Of a stretch of 64,000 nucleotides of DNA, positions 12,189-25,540 are shown piece by piece. Position 1 is the first letter of the stretch. Every line of letters begins with the position of its first letter. Under the pieces are notes generated by a model. The model searched no databases and had not been told where the DNA came from. It worked only from the letters and a program-made list of their open reading frames with translations. Made by a program: the position numbers and the translations under genes. Location: NCBI RefSeq assembly GCF_000143415.4, contig NW_003314298.1, positions 851,014 through 915,013 of the forward strand, in the 5' to 3' direction. This DNA comes from Selaginella moellendorffii (lineage: Eukaryota; Plantae; Lycopodiophyta).

Positions 12189-13329
12189 CTAACAGCGCAG
12201 GACCGCCCGGAAATTCTGAAGACCGTGATCTCAAAAAATCAAACATCCAACCAAGGATCCATTCTCACCTGTGACGGATCACGAGCGAAGCAATTCGCGT
12301 CATGAGCTCCGGCGGCCATCGATGGAACCTAGAGAAAACTTGGAGCATCAAGACGAGACTAGAAACTCTACATCTGGCTTTCTTACTTGGTAAGCATCCG
12401 TGTATAGAGCTGGCTTCACTGCTGCTAGCTTCATCGAAAGAAACTGTAGAGAAGAGAAATCACGCCAAAGATGGCGCTAACAGTAGCTTCTTACCTCAAC
12501 TTGCCGCTGGAGAGATTGGACATAGTTGATGATCTCGTCTAGCATCATAGCTTTTCCCGTTACCTGTCACAGAACCACAGTGGAAAAATCACGAGTGTTT
12601 GAGAAATCTAGTAGAACCTTGCTGCAACCAGGCACGAGATCCTGCAGCGTTTTCATGCGCTCGCTAATCTTCTCACGACGAACCTGGAAGAAAAAAAGCA
12701 GAGACAAGAATCAACACACAGAGTTCTTCTTTGTTTTGTGTTGTGAACTGACCCTTTCGGCGAGACTGTGGCTGTCCGTTGCTTGGCCTCGCCTTGCTCG
12801 AACGTGAATGTAATCTTGCGTGTTCCCAGCTCCTGGCTTGGAATTCTCCTTGCCCAGATTGGAATTCGTAGTGTTCTCGGTGCTCTCGCTCAAAGCTTGA
12901 TCACCGCGATCCTTGGCACCTTTTGGTTTCTTGTGCTGCTTCTCATTCGCTTCTATGGCCTGCGAAAGAAAAAAAATACGAACGAAAAGAGAGATGTGAG
13001 AAGAACTCACAGGTAGAGAAAGAAGTCACCTTTCTATCCTTTGGAGGTCTCCTTCTCTTGGCCTTGTCGATCGCGGTGGGAGGCGGCGCCGTGATCACGT
13101 CTTGGCCATCGTTGGAGGGATTCACATCGAAATCCGACTGAGGCAAGACCGCTGGAAGCGTGGACGTGGCGAGCTCCGCCTCGGGATCTCCCGCAATCTC
13201 GTGCCAGAGATCGCCATTGATGAGGAGCTGCGTGAAGGAGAATGCGCTCTGCCGCGAGGTGCTCGCATCCCCGTCGCCGCAAGATTCGCCCCTGGGAATC
13301 TCTCTCGGGGAGGAATGCCTGGGCGCCAT
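12189..13329 (-). CDS. bHLH transcription factor (CIB/BPE/BEE-like subfamily), multi-exon
   Basis: Spliced [21 protein letters not shown]|[22 protein letters not shown]|[23 protein letters not shown]|FLSMKLAAV; last-exon stop inferred at 12191-12189. Confidence 0.92.
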
Positions 13330-13586
13330 AGGCGCTGAGAAATGCAGCGCTCACTCTCCGTGTCTACCTCGATCCCTCTCTACTTGCGCTCCAATTCCGC
13401 GCCACCGGCCACAGTGCTACAATGCGGCAGTGGGATCGATCTACATTGCCTGTGGAGCGCTCAGCTCGGCGAGCGCGATCCTTTCCCCGCGCGAAATCCT
13501 TCCTCCATAGCCGCAACCGAGCAAGAGATTGACAAACCCTAGCAAAGCAGAGTATATTTTATTTTAGGGTTCTTAGCGTGATCGCC

Positions 13587-15119
13587 ATGGCGGCATTGAG
13601 GCGAAGCGCGAGCCTCTGGCGCCTCGATCGATGGAGGACGGGTTTCGGGAGAATCGGAGCGATGAAGCAGCAGCTTTGCGATCAGGTAGAGCATTCTCTC
13701 TACCGCGGCTCGATTGGAAACTTAGTTTTTCTTCCTTTGGAATAGACTGCTTGGCGATCGTCTGTAGGAATCGAAAGAAATCGCGGCTTTGCGGGCCTTA
13801 GAGAGTTCATTCCTCGCAAAGAGGTGAGTTGTTTTTGTTCCTTGTTCTTTGTTCTTTCTTACAGTTCCAAGTTTGTAGATTTTTCCTTCGGCTTTTGTTA
13901 TACCTTGGAGAGGCCTCGCGACTGCTCGTCAAGTAAGTGAGAAGCTCTTTCTTTTTTTTGCTTAGCAGTCTTTGAGCTCTGCCTGCAGTATGGAGGTCAT
14001 GCCATCTTAGTTTTTCGAGGTAATTCCTAGCAACGGAGAGAAGATCTAGATGCATGAGCTCGATCTGTGTTCTTTCCAAACGATTTATCAAGTGCTCTTT
14101 CTTTTTCTATGTAGGTGAAGATGGATTTCTACATGAGTAGTCCCGGGTTGATCGCGGAGAAATATCGGCCACCTCCACCACCGCTTCCGTTTTTCCAAAG
14201 GTACTTTGACTTGTTCTTTTTTTCTTTCCAGTGCGAGCTTCTCCAGACACTCCATAGGTGGTTCACACGACAAGGCTGGAGGCTCAAGAAGAAATACCTC
14301 ATGGACATGGTTAGTCATTCGTTCCACTATTCCAGGTGATTGAATCTCTTGGCAGCTGAAAACAGCGTATTGTCTAGCCAAACTCCGCAAAAAGCACAAA
14401 GGATACAACCAGAAGGTTTTCTACCGGGAAGCGACTGATTTGTATAAGGAGGTACGAGCTTGCCATAGCTTAAAACTTTTTTTTTTTTGAAACAAAAGCC
14501 ATTTTTTGTACAGATAAACAAGCTCTCTGCTGCTGGCGATCTGGGTAAACTTCGTAGGCTCGTCACGGAACACTTTTTTTCTGTAAGTTTGCTTTTAGAG
14601 TCTAGCATAATTCCCTCACTCTTGTTTCTGCATAGGTGATAAAGAACCAAATCAAGCAAAGACAAGCTGCCTATAGTCGCGTTCATTGGGAGATGGTGGG
14701 GCAGATCAAGCTGATGAGAACTCTCCAGGGACGCTTGGTAAGAAGAGCTATCATCGAGATGGTATAAAACCAATCTTTGCTTCCAGATTGGAATCGACAG
14801 GAAGGATCTGGACAATGCGTTCGTCCAGATCACTCTTCGGATACAAAGCAACCAGGTACCTTTCCTCCCCAGTAATCGAATCGAATCAGATTAAATTTTG
14901 ATCTTGGTGGACAGATATTCGCTGCTTATGACAAGAACAATAACATTATCAAAGGCGATTTGGAGAAACCAGTAAGTTTCTGGAACCTCAGCTATATTGA
15001 CTCAAACGAAGTGGTGTTTGTTTCTTTCCCAGCTCTTGGTCGAGGACATATGGATCTTTGAGAAACACCTCACGAGACCCGATTCGACTTGGAGGCTCTG
15101 TGGTCAGCTAAACTTTTGA
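13587..15119 (+). CDS. Mitochondrial Tim44-domain / mL45-like protein, multi-exon
   Basis: Arg-rich N-terminus MAALRRSASLWR; spliced exons SSPGLIAEKYRP, FYREATDLYKE|INKLSAAGDLGKLRRLVTE, FVQITLRIQSNQ|IFAAYD, VEDIWIFEK...WRLCGQLNF*. Confidence 0.8.
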
Positions 15120-15602
15120 GTCAAATTTCCTTCCAAAAGTTATTAGCGGAGAACTTACAAAAAAAATTGTGTGTGAGTGTGACGGTTTTAGCTGTTAGCC
15201 AGCCACAAAACTTCGATCTTCTCTTTTATATATCCTACACAAACACCAAGCGTCAGTATGTGATCAACATCAACGAGAAAGAAAAGCGCCGCAAAGATAT
15301 CAGACCCAAAAGGTAGACAAGGAAAAAAAAAGAATAGTTTTCATTGATTATGTGCCGTTAGCTTGCATGCCGCAGCAGCTTGCAAAAATATCTACAATCA
15401 CAAGAGGGGAGGTGTAGTTTACAGTGGCACAAAAGGGAAGAAGCCTCTCTTACCTCGCTCGATCGATCGAGAAAAACACGACTTGGCGTCTTTCTCTCTG
15501 GAAGAACACACACAAAGTGAGCAAACGAGAAGAGTTACGAATGCCAAGAGACACACATACCTGATGAGCTCGATCGACGCGGCGAAAGCTTCCACTCCAT
15601 CT

Positions 15603-18600
15603 TCACTCGGACTGGGATTCAGCTCGAAAGTAGCTACGTTGTCGAGATAAGTGCTGGTTCCTTCGCGAATGACCAGCTCCATTATTGTTGTTTAGACCGA
15701 GAAGAACCGTCGCTGTTACAAAACCACACGCTAATCAGAAAGAGCCAAGCCAATGCAACGAAAACACGAGAGAGCAACACGAAGCAAGCAAAGAAGAGAA
15801 GATTTTCATACAAGGGTTTGCAAGTGAATCATGCAACCGAAAACACGAGAGAACTAAAGAGAAGAAAGCAAGAAGAACGAAAGGTAGAGTTTTCATACCT
15901 GTGTTTGCAAGTGAATCCAGGCGCTCCCTTGCTGGCCTGGTATACTCACGAGAAGAAGACAATGGAAGGCCTAGTCCAGTGTTATCGTTGGCGGCGTTGA
16001 GAACGTTGTCACCACCACCAAGGCTCAGCGAGAACCAATCTTCATCCAGCTGCTCACCAGGAGAGATCGCCGGATTTTGCAACGTCTGCCGCTGCTCCCT
16101 CGCCGGCTGTGGCGGAAGAAACAGCCGAAAGCCCGACTTTGATGGCCCCGTATCGTCGCCGCCACCATCTTCGTCCATCTCGTAAGCTTGGTACGCGAAG
16201 TCGAGCTCCGAGTTTTTGGCTTGCCGCGCGGGACCGGCAGCGTCAAAAAAACTGTAAGGAACTTCCTGCGATGGCTGCGACCATAGCGAGCTCTCGAGCG
16301 GCATTCCCATGCCGCCGCCACCACCACCACCATCTGAGCCTGTGTGTCTCGAGGAGCTATGTCGTCCTCGAGCTCCACCTGTAGCCCCGTTAGCTAGTCT
16401 ATCCTTGTTCTTCCCACTGCCACCATAGCTGCTTGAAGGAGCGGCACCACCGTTGTGCTGCTGCTTGCCATTGTTGTAAGGTCCACCAGGCGAGCCCGAC
16501 TCTTCATCCGAATCACTAAGAACTATTACATCTCCGGCACTGGCAGGAGCTTCATCTACGAGTGTGGCCTTGCTCTTCTTCCACGCGTTGATAGCCAGGC
16601 CTCCTCCAGCCCGCAAGCCCGCCTCGTTGTCTCCCGTGTAGTCTTTGGAGTATGGTTCCTGGTTCACGCTTCTTTCGTCGTCCTCGTTGTTTGTGTCCGT
16701 GGCGCTGGTGCTACGTGAGTAGGACGGCTCCTTCGGCTTGGAGATGGCCCCGCCAGACGGTCTCAGCACGGCCCAGCTACCGTCGTGTGTTCTCTTCATG
16801 CCAATCTTTAACGGTGGTCTTCCTTGAGACACGCCCTCCTCTTGCTTCACTGTAGCCTTGTGGAAGCCGTTTGCTAGCACCGGTGTGCCATCCGGACTTC
16901 GCCATGGTTGTCTGGACACTGTCTCGCCTTCAAGCTTTGGCCGCCACGAACCATCAGCCTTAAGTTCCACTTCCTTGATGTCCTCTCCATAGTCTTTCAT
17001 CTGCGCATATGTAGATAACGTAAAAGGAGATGTTTAAGTGAAAACAGTCTCTCACCGCATGAGTGATGCGATTGAAAAAAGGATCAATGATGAGCTGATC
17101 AAGAGAGTAATTCTTCATACACACAGGACATTGCCACTGTACAAAACCAAAACGTCAAAACAGTTAAGGAGAGGGTAAGGCACATTAAACGAACCTTTCG
17201 TGCTCTTTGATTAAGCTCAACAAATGTCTTCAAGTCGAAGCCGCCCATATGAGCACATGGTTTAAAGCGGCCAGCGATATGTATCCGAGAACCACTCATC
17301 TGAAACACTCTATATCAGCACTTGACAAAGACATAGAACAAAGAAAGCAACAAAAACTTACAGGACAACTCAAATTCATAGTCACGGAGTCGGCAACAAC
17401 TTCAAGATCGCTATCATCGTCATCGCCGGCATCGCTTGCACCGCCATCTATACAACGACGGACACGAGCCAGGGCCTCCTCGAAAGATTCGCCACGGGCA
17501 GCACTCGGGATCAAACTCATCACCTGCAAATAAAAATATCATTAGTATGTCAAAAAGCCTTCGTTTCATCATTTCATCAATAAACCTGCTCGACACTAAG
17601 GCGACGAATGATGCGAACGCCCATACAAAAAGGCCGGGCATCACACGCTGACAGCGAGATCCTGTTCGTGCCCTCTCTGGTACAGGCAGTTATCTGCAAA
17701 ATATGCCTCATATTAATACCAAGATCGAAAGAAAATGGAAAAGTTGCCCACCCCTGGACCGTCATCTCGGCCATTTGCACCAAGCAACTGCTTCGCGGCT
17801 CTTGTAGTTACCCTGACAACGACACCTGATAATCAAATGTCAATGCGAGAACTAAAAACTCAAGGGTCAGAATACCATTGACGCGAAGCTCCGCACAGTC
17901 TGGCCAGTGCATTCGAAACGGAACTTTGTCATTGAGGAGAAGACACCACACCTAAACAGAAGCACGTAAGTATTACCAATTATACTCTAGAAACAAAGAC
18001 CTGAAGGTCGTGGTTTGGTTTATGCAGGTTTTCTCGATCAGCCTTTGATAAAATAAAAGTCTTCTCCAGGGAATGCAAAGGAGACGCCCTGACATCAGGA
18101 AGGGTATAAAAAATCTGATTGACATTCTCAAGCCAACATACCCTTCCATCTGAAGAGCCGCTGGAGCGTAAAACTTAGCTGCAGGCAACGGTTGCGATAA
18201 CGTAACACAAAAACTGCACAATCAAGTAACCATGTCAGAGCTTGCAACTCAAACAAATAAAAAAAGCAAAACTTAACGGATCTCCATAATTAATCCTGCA
18301 AATTTCACAGTAGAATTGCGATGGAACATCGGGCTCGACACCCTCGGCTGCATTCTCAGGAATCACCACGCAGTTAAGGTGCTGCCACACTTTGCAGGCT
18401 TGGTTGTCACACTGCAAAAGAAGAAGAGCAAGCATTTGTCAAGTAAAAAAGGAATCCAAAAACCATTCCAAAACCTGGATCATAGTTCCAGTATCCAGCG
18501 GACTCCCACACGGACATCGATTCTCAGTTTCATCCGGTTCATCCGATCGACCGGCACTCACAGACACAGCACCGGAGAAATTCCTGTGTCCGGAAGCCAA

Positions 18601-19108
18601 CTCCACAGCTCCCGATCCCCGCAACTTCCTGCAACTCCAAAAACATACGTAAGAACTCAATCGTCGTGAGAGTAAAACACAAAGCACCTATAGATGTCAT
18701 CTATAACTTGCGCTGCGATAGAGCTTCTATTTCCGTCAGGCTTGAAACCTGGGAATGCAAAGAAGTGAGCTTTAAGAACGAGGAAGAAAGAAAAAAAGAC
18801 GAAGAAAAGAAATTCAAACCTTTCTGGACTGGGTGTTGCTGCCACTCGGAAGGAACAAGCACCGCGAGAACTTTGTCCATAAGAACCTAGGGTAGAAATG
18901 GAGCTCGTAATCGAAAGAAGCAAACCAAATCCTAGATCGGTGAGAACGATACCTGTTTCTTCCCCTGCTTGGGAAGCCCGAGCCTGGTGAGAACATCCTT
19001 GAGCTCCTTGATTCGAAATGAGGCCAATTGCGTCTGGACGATCGATCATAGTATCACTCGAGGAGAATAGCTCCGAGATTTTACCTTGCAACGCGCTAAA
19101 TCACCCAT
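15603..19108 (-). CDS. SIZ1: SUMO E3 ligase SIZ1 (SAP, PHD, PINIT, SP-RING), multi-exon
   Basis: MGDLARCK|[27 protein letters not shown]; PHD RCPCG...[10 protein letters not shown]...FYCEICR; [17 protein letters not shown]; SP-RING MNLSCP|[22 protein letters not shown]; [11 protein letters not shown]. Confidence 0.93.
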
Positions 19109-20115
19109 GGATTGCCCCTAGTCGCGCGAAATGCGCCCCCACGCATGCATTCCTGGCCCCGCACGCGACGAATTCTTCCTCATAGCTCCATGGCCGAGCG
19201 CAAAAAACCCTAAAAGAGAGCGCGCTGCCACCGGCCACGGCGACGCCCTCCCGCCGCGGCTCCTCCGCGAATTCGCAAACCCTAAGCTCTGCGTGGGCAG
19301 CAGCAGCGAGCGCTTTGCCCCCCCCAAACAACAAAGGCACGGGCGCCGGGTTCATGTGACGGGCTGACGGCCAGAATTTGGCCGTCGCGTGACTGGGGTG
19401 ACGGGCGCGGCCGACGAGAAAATAAAACGATCTCGTGTTCGATTCATTTACATTCGTCCACGTCACTCCTTAAATGCCATTGGCCGGAATATTTCTTCCC
19501 CGGCATATTCCGCCGAAGATTCAGTCCACAGTCAAAAGGCATATTCTTTGAAAGTAAAACTCAAAACATGACGGAATATATTATTAGGCTAGGTGAAAAG
19601 AAACAGAAATACACTTAGAAAGAATTATTCTGTCAAAGTACGGAGAAAGAACGGACTATTTTATTAGGTAACGCCAAACGGAATAGTACACAGAATAAAC
19701 TTAAGAAGCATATTCTGTCAAAGTACGGACGCGTTGTATCAAAGATTTCGTTCATAGCGTCGTTTTCACGGCATCACGCCCGCCCTCGATACAAGACAAC
19801 AAACAAACCTGGCTCTGCGTTCCCACTGTGCCGCCAGTTAAATCAAGAGGAGGGGGAATTGTTAACTTACCCCAGGGGTTTAATTAGCACGAATTCCCAT
19901 TCAAGAGTAGCGAGCATCATCCGGATGAAAGGACGATTCCATTTTGATCGATCGGCCCATGGATGAGAAAAGAAAGATTTCTCGCCTCCAGGCTCCATCG
20001 GCATTGCTTAAACAATTCGCTGATGAGATCGTTCTCGGGATTCTTGGCGCCATCTAGTCAAGGCTGGATCGCTGGATCCCTAGGTATCGCTCTAAGAATC
20101 CTTCACGTATTCTGG

Positions 20116-20292
20116 AGCGCGCGGCTCGGCTATGGATGCGTCAATAATCCAGCAGCAGCGCTTCCAGTCCAACTATCGCGTTCTTGGCGAGCATTGAGCG
20201 GCCCGGCTATGGATGCGTCGATAATCCGGCTCTCTTTCTTGCAGCAGCGCTTCCAGTCGAAATATCGCGTTCCTAGCGAGGATTGAGCGGCC
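20116..20292. repeat. Two ~80-90 bp diverged direct repeats just upstream of the LecRLK
   Basis: cggctatggatgcgtc.ataatcc...gcagcagcgcttccagtc.aa.tatcgcgttc.t.gcgag.attgagcggcc occurs twice. Confidence 0.8.
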
Positions 20293-20321
20293 GCCTGGCC
20301 AGGAATCGTCGAGCAATCGCA

Positions 20322-22487
20322 ATGCAGGCACGCCAAGGTACCGGTAGCGCTAGCTCTAGCAATCTCGTGTTTCTTCTCGCCGGGGTAGCAGTAATCTCAG
20401 CTCTAGCGTCGGCGACAGGGCAGGACAGGGCCGGGGCATCGATCCAGCTCCCAGCGCTGGGGCCGGAATCCATGGTGTTCATGGGAAACGCGAGCTTCGG
20501 CCGCACAGGCCAGATCGAGCTCAACAGCCCGATGCTCGGCAGCGCCGCCGCCACGACGCCAACACTCAGCAGTGGCAGAGCGCTCTTCAATCTCCCGCTC
20601 CAGATGCTCAATCCATCCGCGAGCTTCGAGACCTCTTTCACTTTCTCTACGATCCAGGGAAGCTCTTTCTTCTTCGTTATTGTTCCAAACAACCAGGAGC
20701 TCGCTACTCTCCACGGACTCTCGGTGCGATTCACGACCGCCAACAACACCATCGCCGTGTGGTCCTCGTCACGAAATCTGGCCACCACCGTCGCGGAGTT
20801 TGATCTGGGGCTGGAATCCAGGCGGACGTTCGTGTGGATTTCTTACGACTCGAGGAGGCACCGGGTGGAGATCCGAGCTAGCAACTTCTCGGTTTTGGCG
20901 GCTCCTCCACTTCCAGTGATCGCCCTCGGACTGGATCTCTCGGCCCGGGTGGTCAATCAGTTCATGTACGTGGGATTCTCGGCCTCGTCCACTCTGCTGG
21001 CCGCCAAGAGTACCATCTACGCCTGGAACTTCACGAGCTGGGTTCCCGATCCGTCAGTCCACCCGGATCCCGCCACTCTTGACTCGGCTGCTTTGGATTC
21101 TTCCTCCAAGAGCTCCTCTGCCAGGTTGAGGAAGAACTTGGCCGCTGCTGGGATCGCCGTGACTGCTCTGGTGATCTTCGTCGTTGCGGCGGTGGTGGTC
21201 GTAAGGATCATGCGAAACAGCGCCAGCCATCACGCCAGGAAGAAATTCTCGAGGACCACCGACCGGAAGCTGGATCCAGAAGTGGGCGATGATCAGTCGA
21301 TGGCGAAGTTTTCGTATAAACAGCTCGTCTCGGCCACCAACGCCTTTGATCTCGGACACAAGCTCGGGCCACCGGCGACCAGCCAGTGCTACCGCGGAGT
21401 TTTGTCCGATTCCATCGTAGCGATCAAGGTGGTGTCCGATAGTAACTCTCCCGCGGAAGAATCGCTCAAGCTCGTCTTGGAGCTGGCCAGCCTCCGGCAC
21501 AGGAACCTCGTCAACTTGCTGGGCTGGTGTAGCAACAAAACCACAGCCGAGGAGCGATCATCCTTCCTCGTCTACGAGTTCATCCCGAATGGGTCCCTGG
21601 ACGAGCACCTCTTCTCGACCAGCACCAAGAGCAATCCTCTGCCGTGGTCGCATCGTCACAAGGTCGCGTGTGGACTGGCCCAAGCTCTCGACCACCTCCA
21701 CTCGCGAGGCCTTGCGCATGGAAACGTAAAGTCGAGCAACGTGATGCTGGACGCCAACTTCACTGCTCGCCTTGGCGACTATAGCTTGAAGAACAGAGGC
21801 ACCGGCAAAGCTGGGGGCGCTGAGCAGCCTCTCGCTGGATCCATGATCGTTGCTGGGACTTTCGGATACGTTGCTCCCGAGGCCGTGCAAACCGGACGAC
21901 CGACGAGCCGAGCTGACGTCTTCGCGTTTGGAGCCGTGGTCCTGGAACTCGTCTGTGGACGAAGAGCTCTAGAGACGAGCAGCACCGGTGAGATTGGCGA
22001 CGAGCAGCGCAGCAAAGTCGGAGAAGATAGAGCTGCCGATGGTGGTGACCAGAATTTGTCGTCCGGTGCTACTGTTCTAGTCGATCGAGTCCGGGAAGTT
22101 TTGAGCAGCAACAGCCATGGCAGCGATTTCAAGAAATCGATCGAGCTGGAGAAGGTGGTGGACGTGAAGCTCGCGGGGCTTTACGACGTGTCCGAGATGG
22201 AGGTGCTCGTTTCACTCGGGCTGGCGTGCTCAGACTTGGACCCGGAGAGGAGGCCGGCGATGGAGACGGTGGTGAAAATGCTGGCGGGGGAGATCCCCGT
22301 TCCGTCACCTCGGCTTCTCCTGTCTTCTTCGCCTTCTCCTTCCTCCGTCGAGAGCAAGGATCGATCGAGCAAGAAGGATCGTAAGATGAAGGGCGCCGCC
22401 GAGCAGCAAAAGAGGCCCATCGAGGAGCTGCTGGCGATGAAAGATTTTGGAAGCTTGTTTGCTGCTGATAATGACTCGGCAGTTTGA
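20322..22487 (+). CDS. L-type lectin receptor-like kinase, probable pseudokinase; intronless
   Basis: Signal peptide; lectin motifs SFETSFTF, VWISYD, MYVGFSAS; TM helix; kinase with IVAIK, LRHRNLVNLLGWC, HGNVKSSN (no catalytic Asp), GTFGYVAPE. Confidence 0.9.
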   Translation: MQARQGTGSASSSNLVFLLAGVAVISALASATGQDRAGASIQLPALGPESMVFMGNASFGRTGQIELNSPMLGSAAATTPTLSSGRALFNLPLQMLNPSASFETSFTFSTIQGSSFFFVIVPNNQELATLHGLSVRFTTANNTIAVWSSSRNLATTVAEFDLGLESRRTFVWISYDSRRHRVEIRASNFSVLAAPPLPVIALGLDLSARVVNQFMYVGFSASSTLLAAKSTIYAWNFTSWVPDPSVHPDPATLDSAALDSSSKSSSARLRKNLAAAGIAVTALVIFVVAAVVVVRIMRNSASHHARKKFSRTTDRKLDPEVGDDQSMAKFSYKQLVSATNAFDLGHKLGPPATSQCYRGVLSDSIVAIKVVSDSNSPAEESLKLVLELASLRHRNLVNLLGWCSNKTTAEERSSFLVYEFIPNGSLDEHLFSTSTKSNPLPWSHRHKVACGLAQALDHLHSRGLAHGNVKSSNVMLDANFTARLGDYSLKNRGTGKAGGAEQPLAGSMIVAGTFGYVAPEAVQTGRPTSRADVFAFGAVVLELVCGRRALETSSTGEIGDEQRSKVGEDRAADGGDQNLSSGATVLVDRVREVLSSNSHGSDFKKSIELEKVVDVKLAGLYDVSEMEVLVSLGLACSDLDPERRPAMETVVKMLAGEIPVPSPRLLLSSSPSPSSVESKDRSSKKDRKMKGAAEQQKRPIEELLAMKDFGSLFAADNDSAV

Positions 22488-22743
22488 GAGGATCGAGAGA
22501 GACGATTTCGTTTGTCTGTACAACAAGCTTTTTGGAAGAATAGAGAATTTTGAAGTACCTTGATGAGTCGATCAAGTATATAGTAGATAGTACCAAGCCA
22601 CAATATAGCTCGCCAACACAAAGAAAGCTATAGAACCAAAACCACGCACGAGAGGAAAAAAATACCTGGAAGAGAAAAAACCATGAGAACTACCAAAAAT
22701 CTCGCGATCACGTACTTTACAAGAGAGGAAAGAAAGGTTTCTC

Positions 22744-24936
22744 TTAAGTGATGGCTGCCTCGGGATTTGGAAGTAGCAAGAGCTCTTCCAGCGTGCTTGT
22801 TTTTCGTGCTCGGCTCCTTCCCACGCCTTTGAGCAACGCCAATAGCCTCTCCCGGTCTCGTGCTACATCCGGATGAACAGTTCCCAGGAGCTCTTCTTTG
22901 ATTTCCACAACGTTTTCCAGAAGAGCGATTGCATCGTTAACTCTGAAGCAAAAAAACAAAACTTAGACGGGAAAGCAAGGAGAATACAAACCTTCCAAGA
23001 GCGTCGTAACACCCAGCGAGATTGCTAGACACCGCCAGTGTTTCCGCGTGATGAGGTCCAACAGCTTTCTCCAGTATTCTCTTTGCTTCTTCGAAGTGCT
23101 TCACCGCATTGTCGAGCTGCTGAAGTTCCACGCTTGCCAGGGCCAGCTGATTAAACAGGACTCCCAGGAATGTGGTCTCTCTGTCCGTCCCGAACTTGAG
23201 CTTTAGTATAGCGCTGTTGAAAGCAGTGTATGCCTCCGAGAATTTTCCCATCACGTAGAGGAGAACTCCCATCTGTGCCTCCACACCTGCGGCAGCACTT
23301 TGCTCCCCGGGAGCAAGCTGTAAGATGTCCAGTGCTCTCTTCAGTAGCGACAATGCCTGCTCGCGTTCTCCCATAGCTTCGTAAACACCCGCAACTTCGA
23401 CCAAACCACTTGAAAGTTCATGCCCGGCGTTGTTCTTCCCGAAAATCTTCAATGCATTCTCGCAGTAAGTCTTGGCTTCCCGTTGTCTTCCTGTCTTTAG
23501 GTAGAGGTCCGCGAGGCTCACGTAAACAGCGGCAACAGCAGTATGGGAGTCTCCCTTGGCCGACTTCAGAATTGTGAGAGCTTTCTGGTACGAGAAAACC
23601 GCCTCGTCGTAGCGACCAAGAGCAAAATAAGCCTCTCCAATGCTGCAGTCGACTGAGGCAACGTCCAGATCCTGGCCATTGCAGCTCAACGTTGTGCTTG
23701 CCAGTACCAAATGCTCTAAAGCCATCTCGTGTTCACCTTTGCCTGCGTGTATCAATGCCATGAGCTTTCTGTCTATGGCTTCGTCCACTGAACCGGCAGG
23801 GCTGTGTTGGCTGTGTATGTCAAGGACGTGCTTGCAAAGCTGTTGAGCTTCGTCAAATTGCATCACCTGGACAGGAGATAAAAAATATAAAATTAGAAAA
23901 TCGAAAACTAAGAACTAGGAGAGCTTACCTGAAGATGAGCTTCTGATAAGTATCGGCAAGTCTCTGCAACTCGTGGATCCATGTCTCCAAGCACCTGCTT
24001 TTGCACGTCCAATGCGTTGTGATACGAAGCCAGAGCCATTTCGTGCTTTCCTACGAGGGAAAGCGTATCACCAAGCTGCATATGCCCGGCGAAAACAGCC
24101 AGTGCGTGCTCCGACCCCTGATCTACGCTAGGAATGAGCAAGGAGCTCTCCAGCACCTTGATCGCTTCGTCGTAACGACTGAGCCGGCAATACCCCGCAG
24201 CTACAATGTGTAGACATAGCACCAGCTCCAAGTTGGCCACCTCGCCATCTTCTTTCTCGAACAAAGTCGCGGCTCGAGACGCGTAATCTATAGCTTTGAG
24301 CGGATTGTCCCCGGCGATATGGCTTGCTCTTGCCAGCCTCAGGAGGTTCAGAGCGTTGCTGTTCACGAGCTTCGGGTGATGCTGCTGCTGTGTCTCTTGT
24401 TCATCCAGACCAGCATCACTTTCGACGGCCTCCTGTTCCGGCTGCTTGCTTGGTTCCTTTGGTGGGGAATCACTCTTGATCGATTTTCGAGTTAAAGGCT
24501 TGCTCGGCGACTTTTGCTTTCTTGGAGGCGTCGGAGGACTTGCTCGAACCGGCGGTTTCTTGTCCAGAGAGTTTCTAAGACGAGAATTCACCGAAACTTT
24601 CGCCTGGCTGGGAAGCTTGGCTGCCGCTGGGTTCTCTCTCGAAACAGCTTCACTTTCCTCCGGTGATATAGCTGGATTCTCGGCACTCGACTCCACGACG
24701 TCATTAAGTTCCTGAGAGCCCTCGTTTTCGTCGTGACTACCAGGCGCAATTGCTTCACTGTCAGAAGGAGCCGTGGAATTTTTACCGGTGGGAGAATTCC
24801 TTCCAGCGCTGATCTTCATTGCCTCGTTGCTGCTAGCGTTGGAAGCTTTGTTCTTCGTCTCTTCTTTCCCTTTGACACCTTTGCGGCCGGGCGGAGAGGC
24901 CGCCTTACGTGCATTGTCCGTTACTAAGCTCGGCAT
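22744..24936 (-). CDS. Kinesin light chain-related TPR protein (KLCR/CMU family), 3 exons
   Basis: Low-complexity N-terminus followed by TPR repeats; DPRVAETCRYLSEAHLQ|VMQFDEA; NLAGCYDALGR|VNDAIALLE...LGTVHPDV. Confidence 0.9.
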
Positions 24937-25540
24937 CCTCCCCTCCTTTTAGAAAATCTTAGAACCTATTAAATTCCAGAGAAAGAGAACTAACGTTAGG
25001 AACGAACACCTACCTAGGAGGAAGACAAAGAAGAATTCTTACTAGAGCTTGCCAATCTAATTCATTCCTACAGCCTTGCAAAGAATTTCAAGAAATCTCA
25101 CGCTCACCTCTCCGGCAGGAGCTCCAACGCTCGAACCACGACGCACATTGCGCGAATTTTCAAGGCGATTCAATCGATTTGACGCCCGAGTGGAATCTGG
25201 CATTGGCGCGGTAGATCAGCCCCAGAGCAGCGAGAAATCCTGGAACTAGGGAGAGATTTCTTACCTAGAAGACGAGCGCTCTATCAGACAGTGCGCTCCA
25301 ATTTTTCCCCGTTCTAGACCCTACATTCTCACACACACAAGCGCCTCAAAAGCTAGGCGCTAATTAATCACTGGCTAACGTTACTCCACATGCGCTTTAA
25401 TGCTAAACATTCGCAGTATATGCCCCCACGGTGCCAGTATTCCACCGCGATTAGGGTTCTTCGAGAGTGTCGAGCGATGGCGGAGGAGCTGGAGGACAAT
25501 GCAGCAGGGCGGAAGGTATGATTCTCGTAGATTACGCGAG

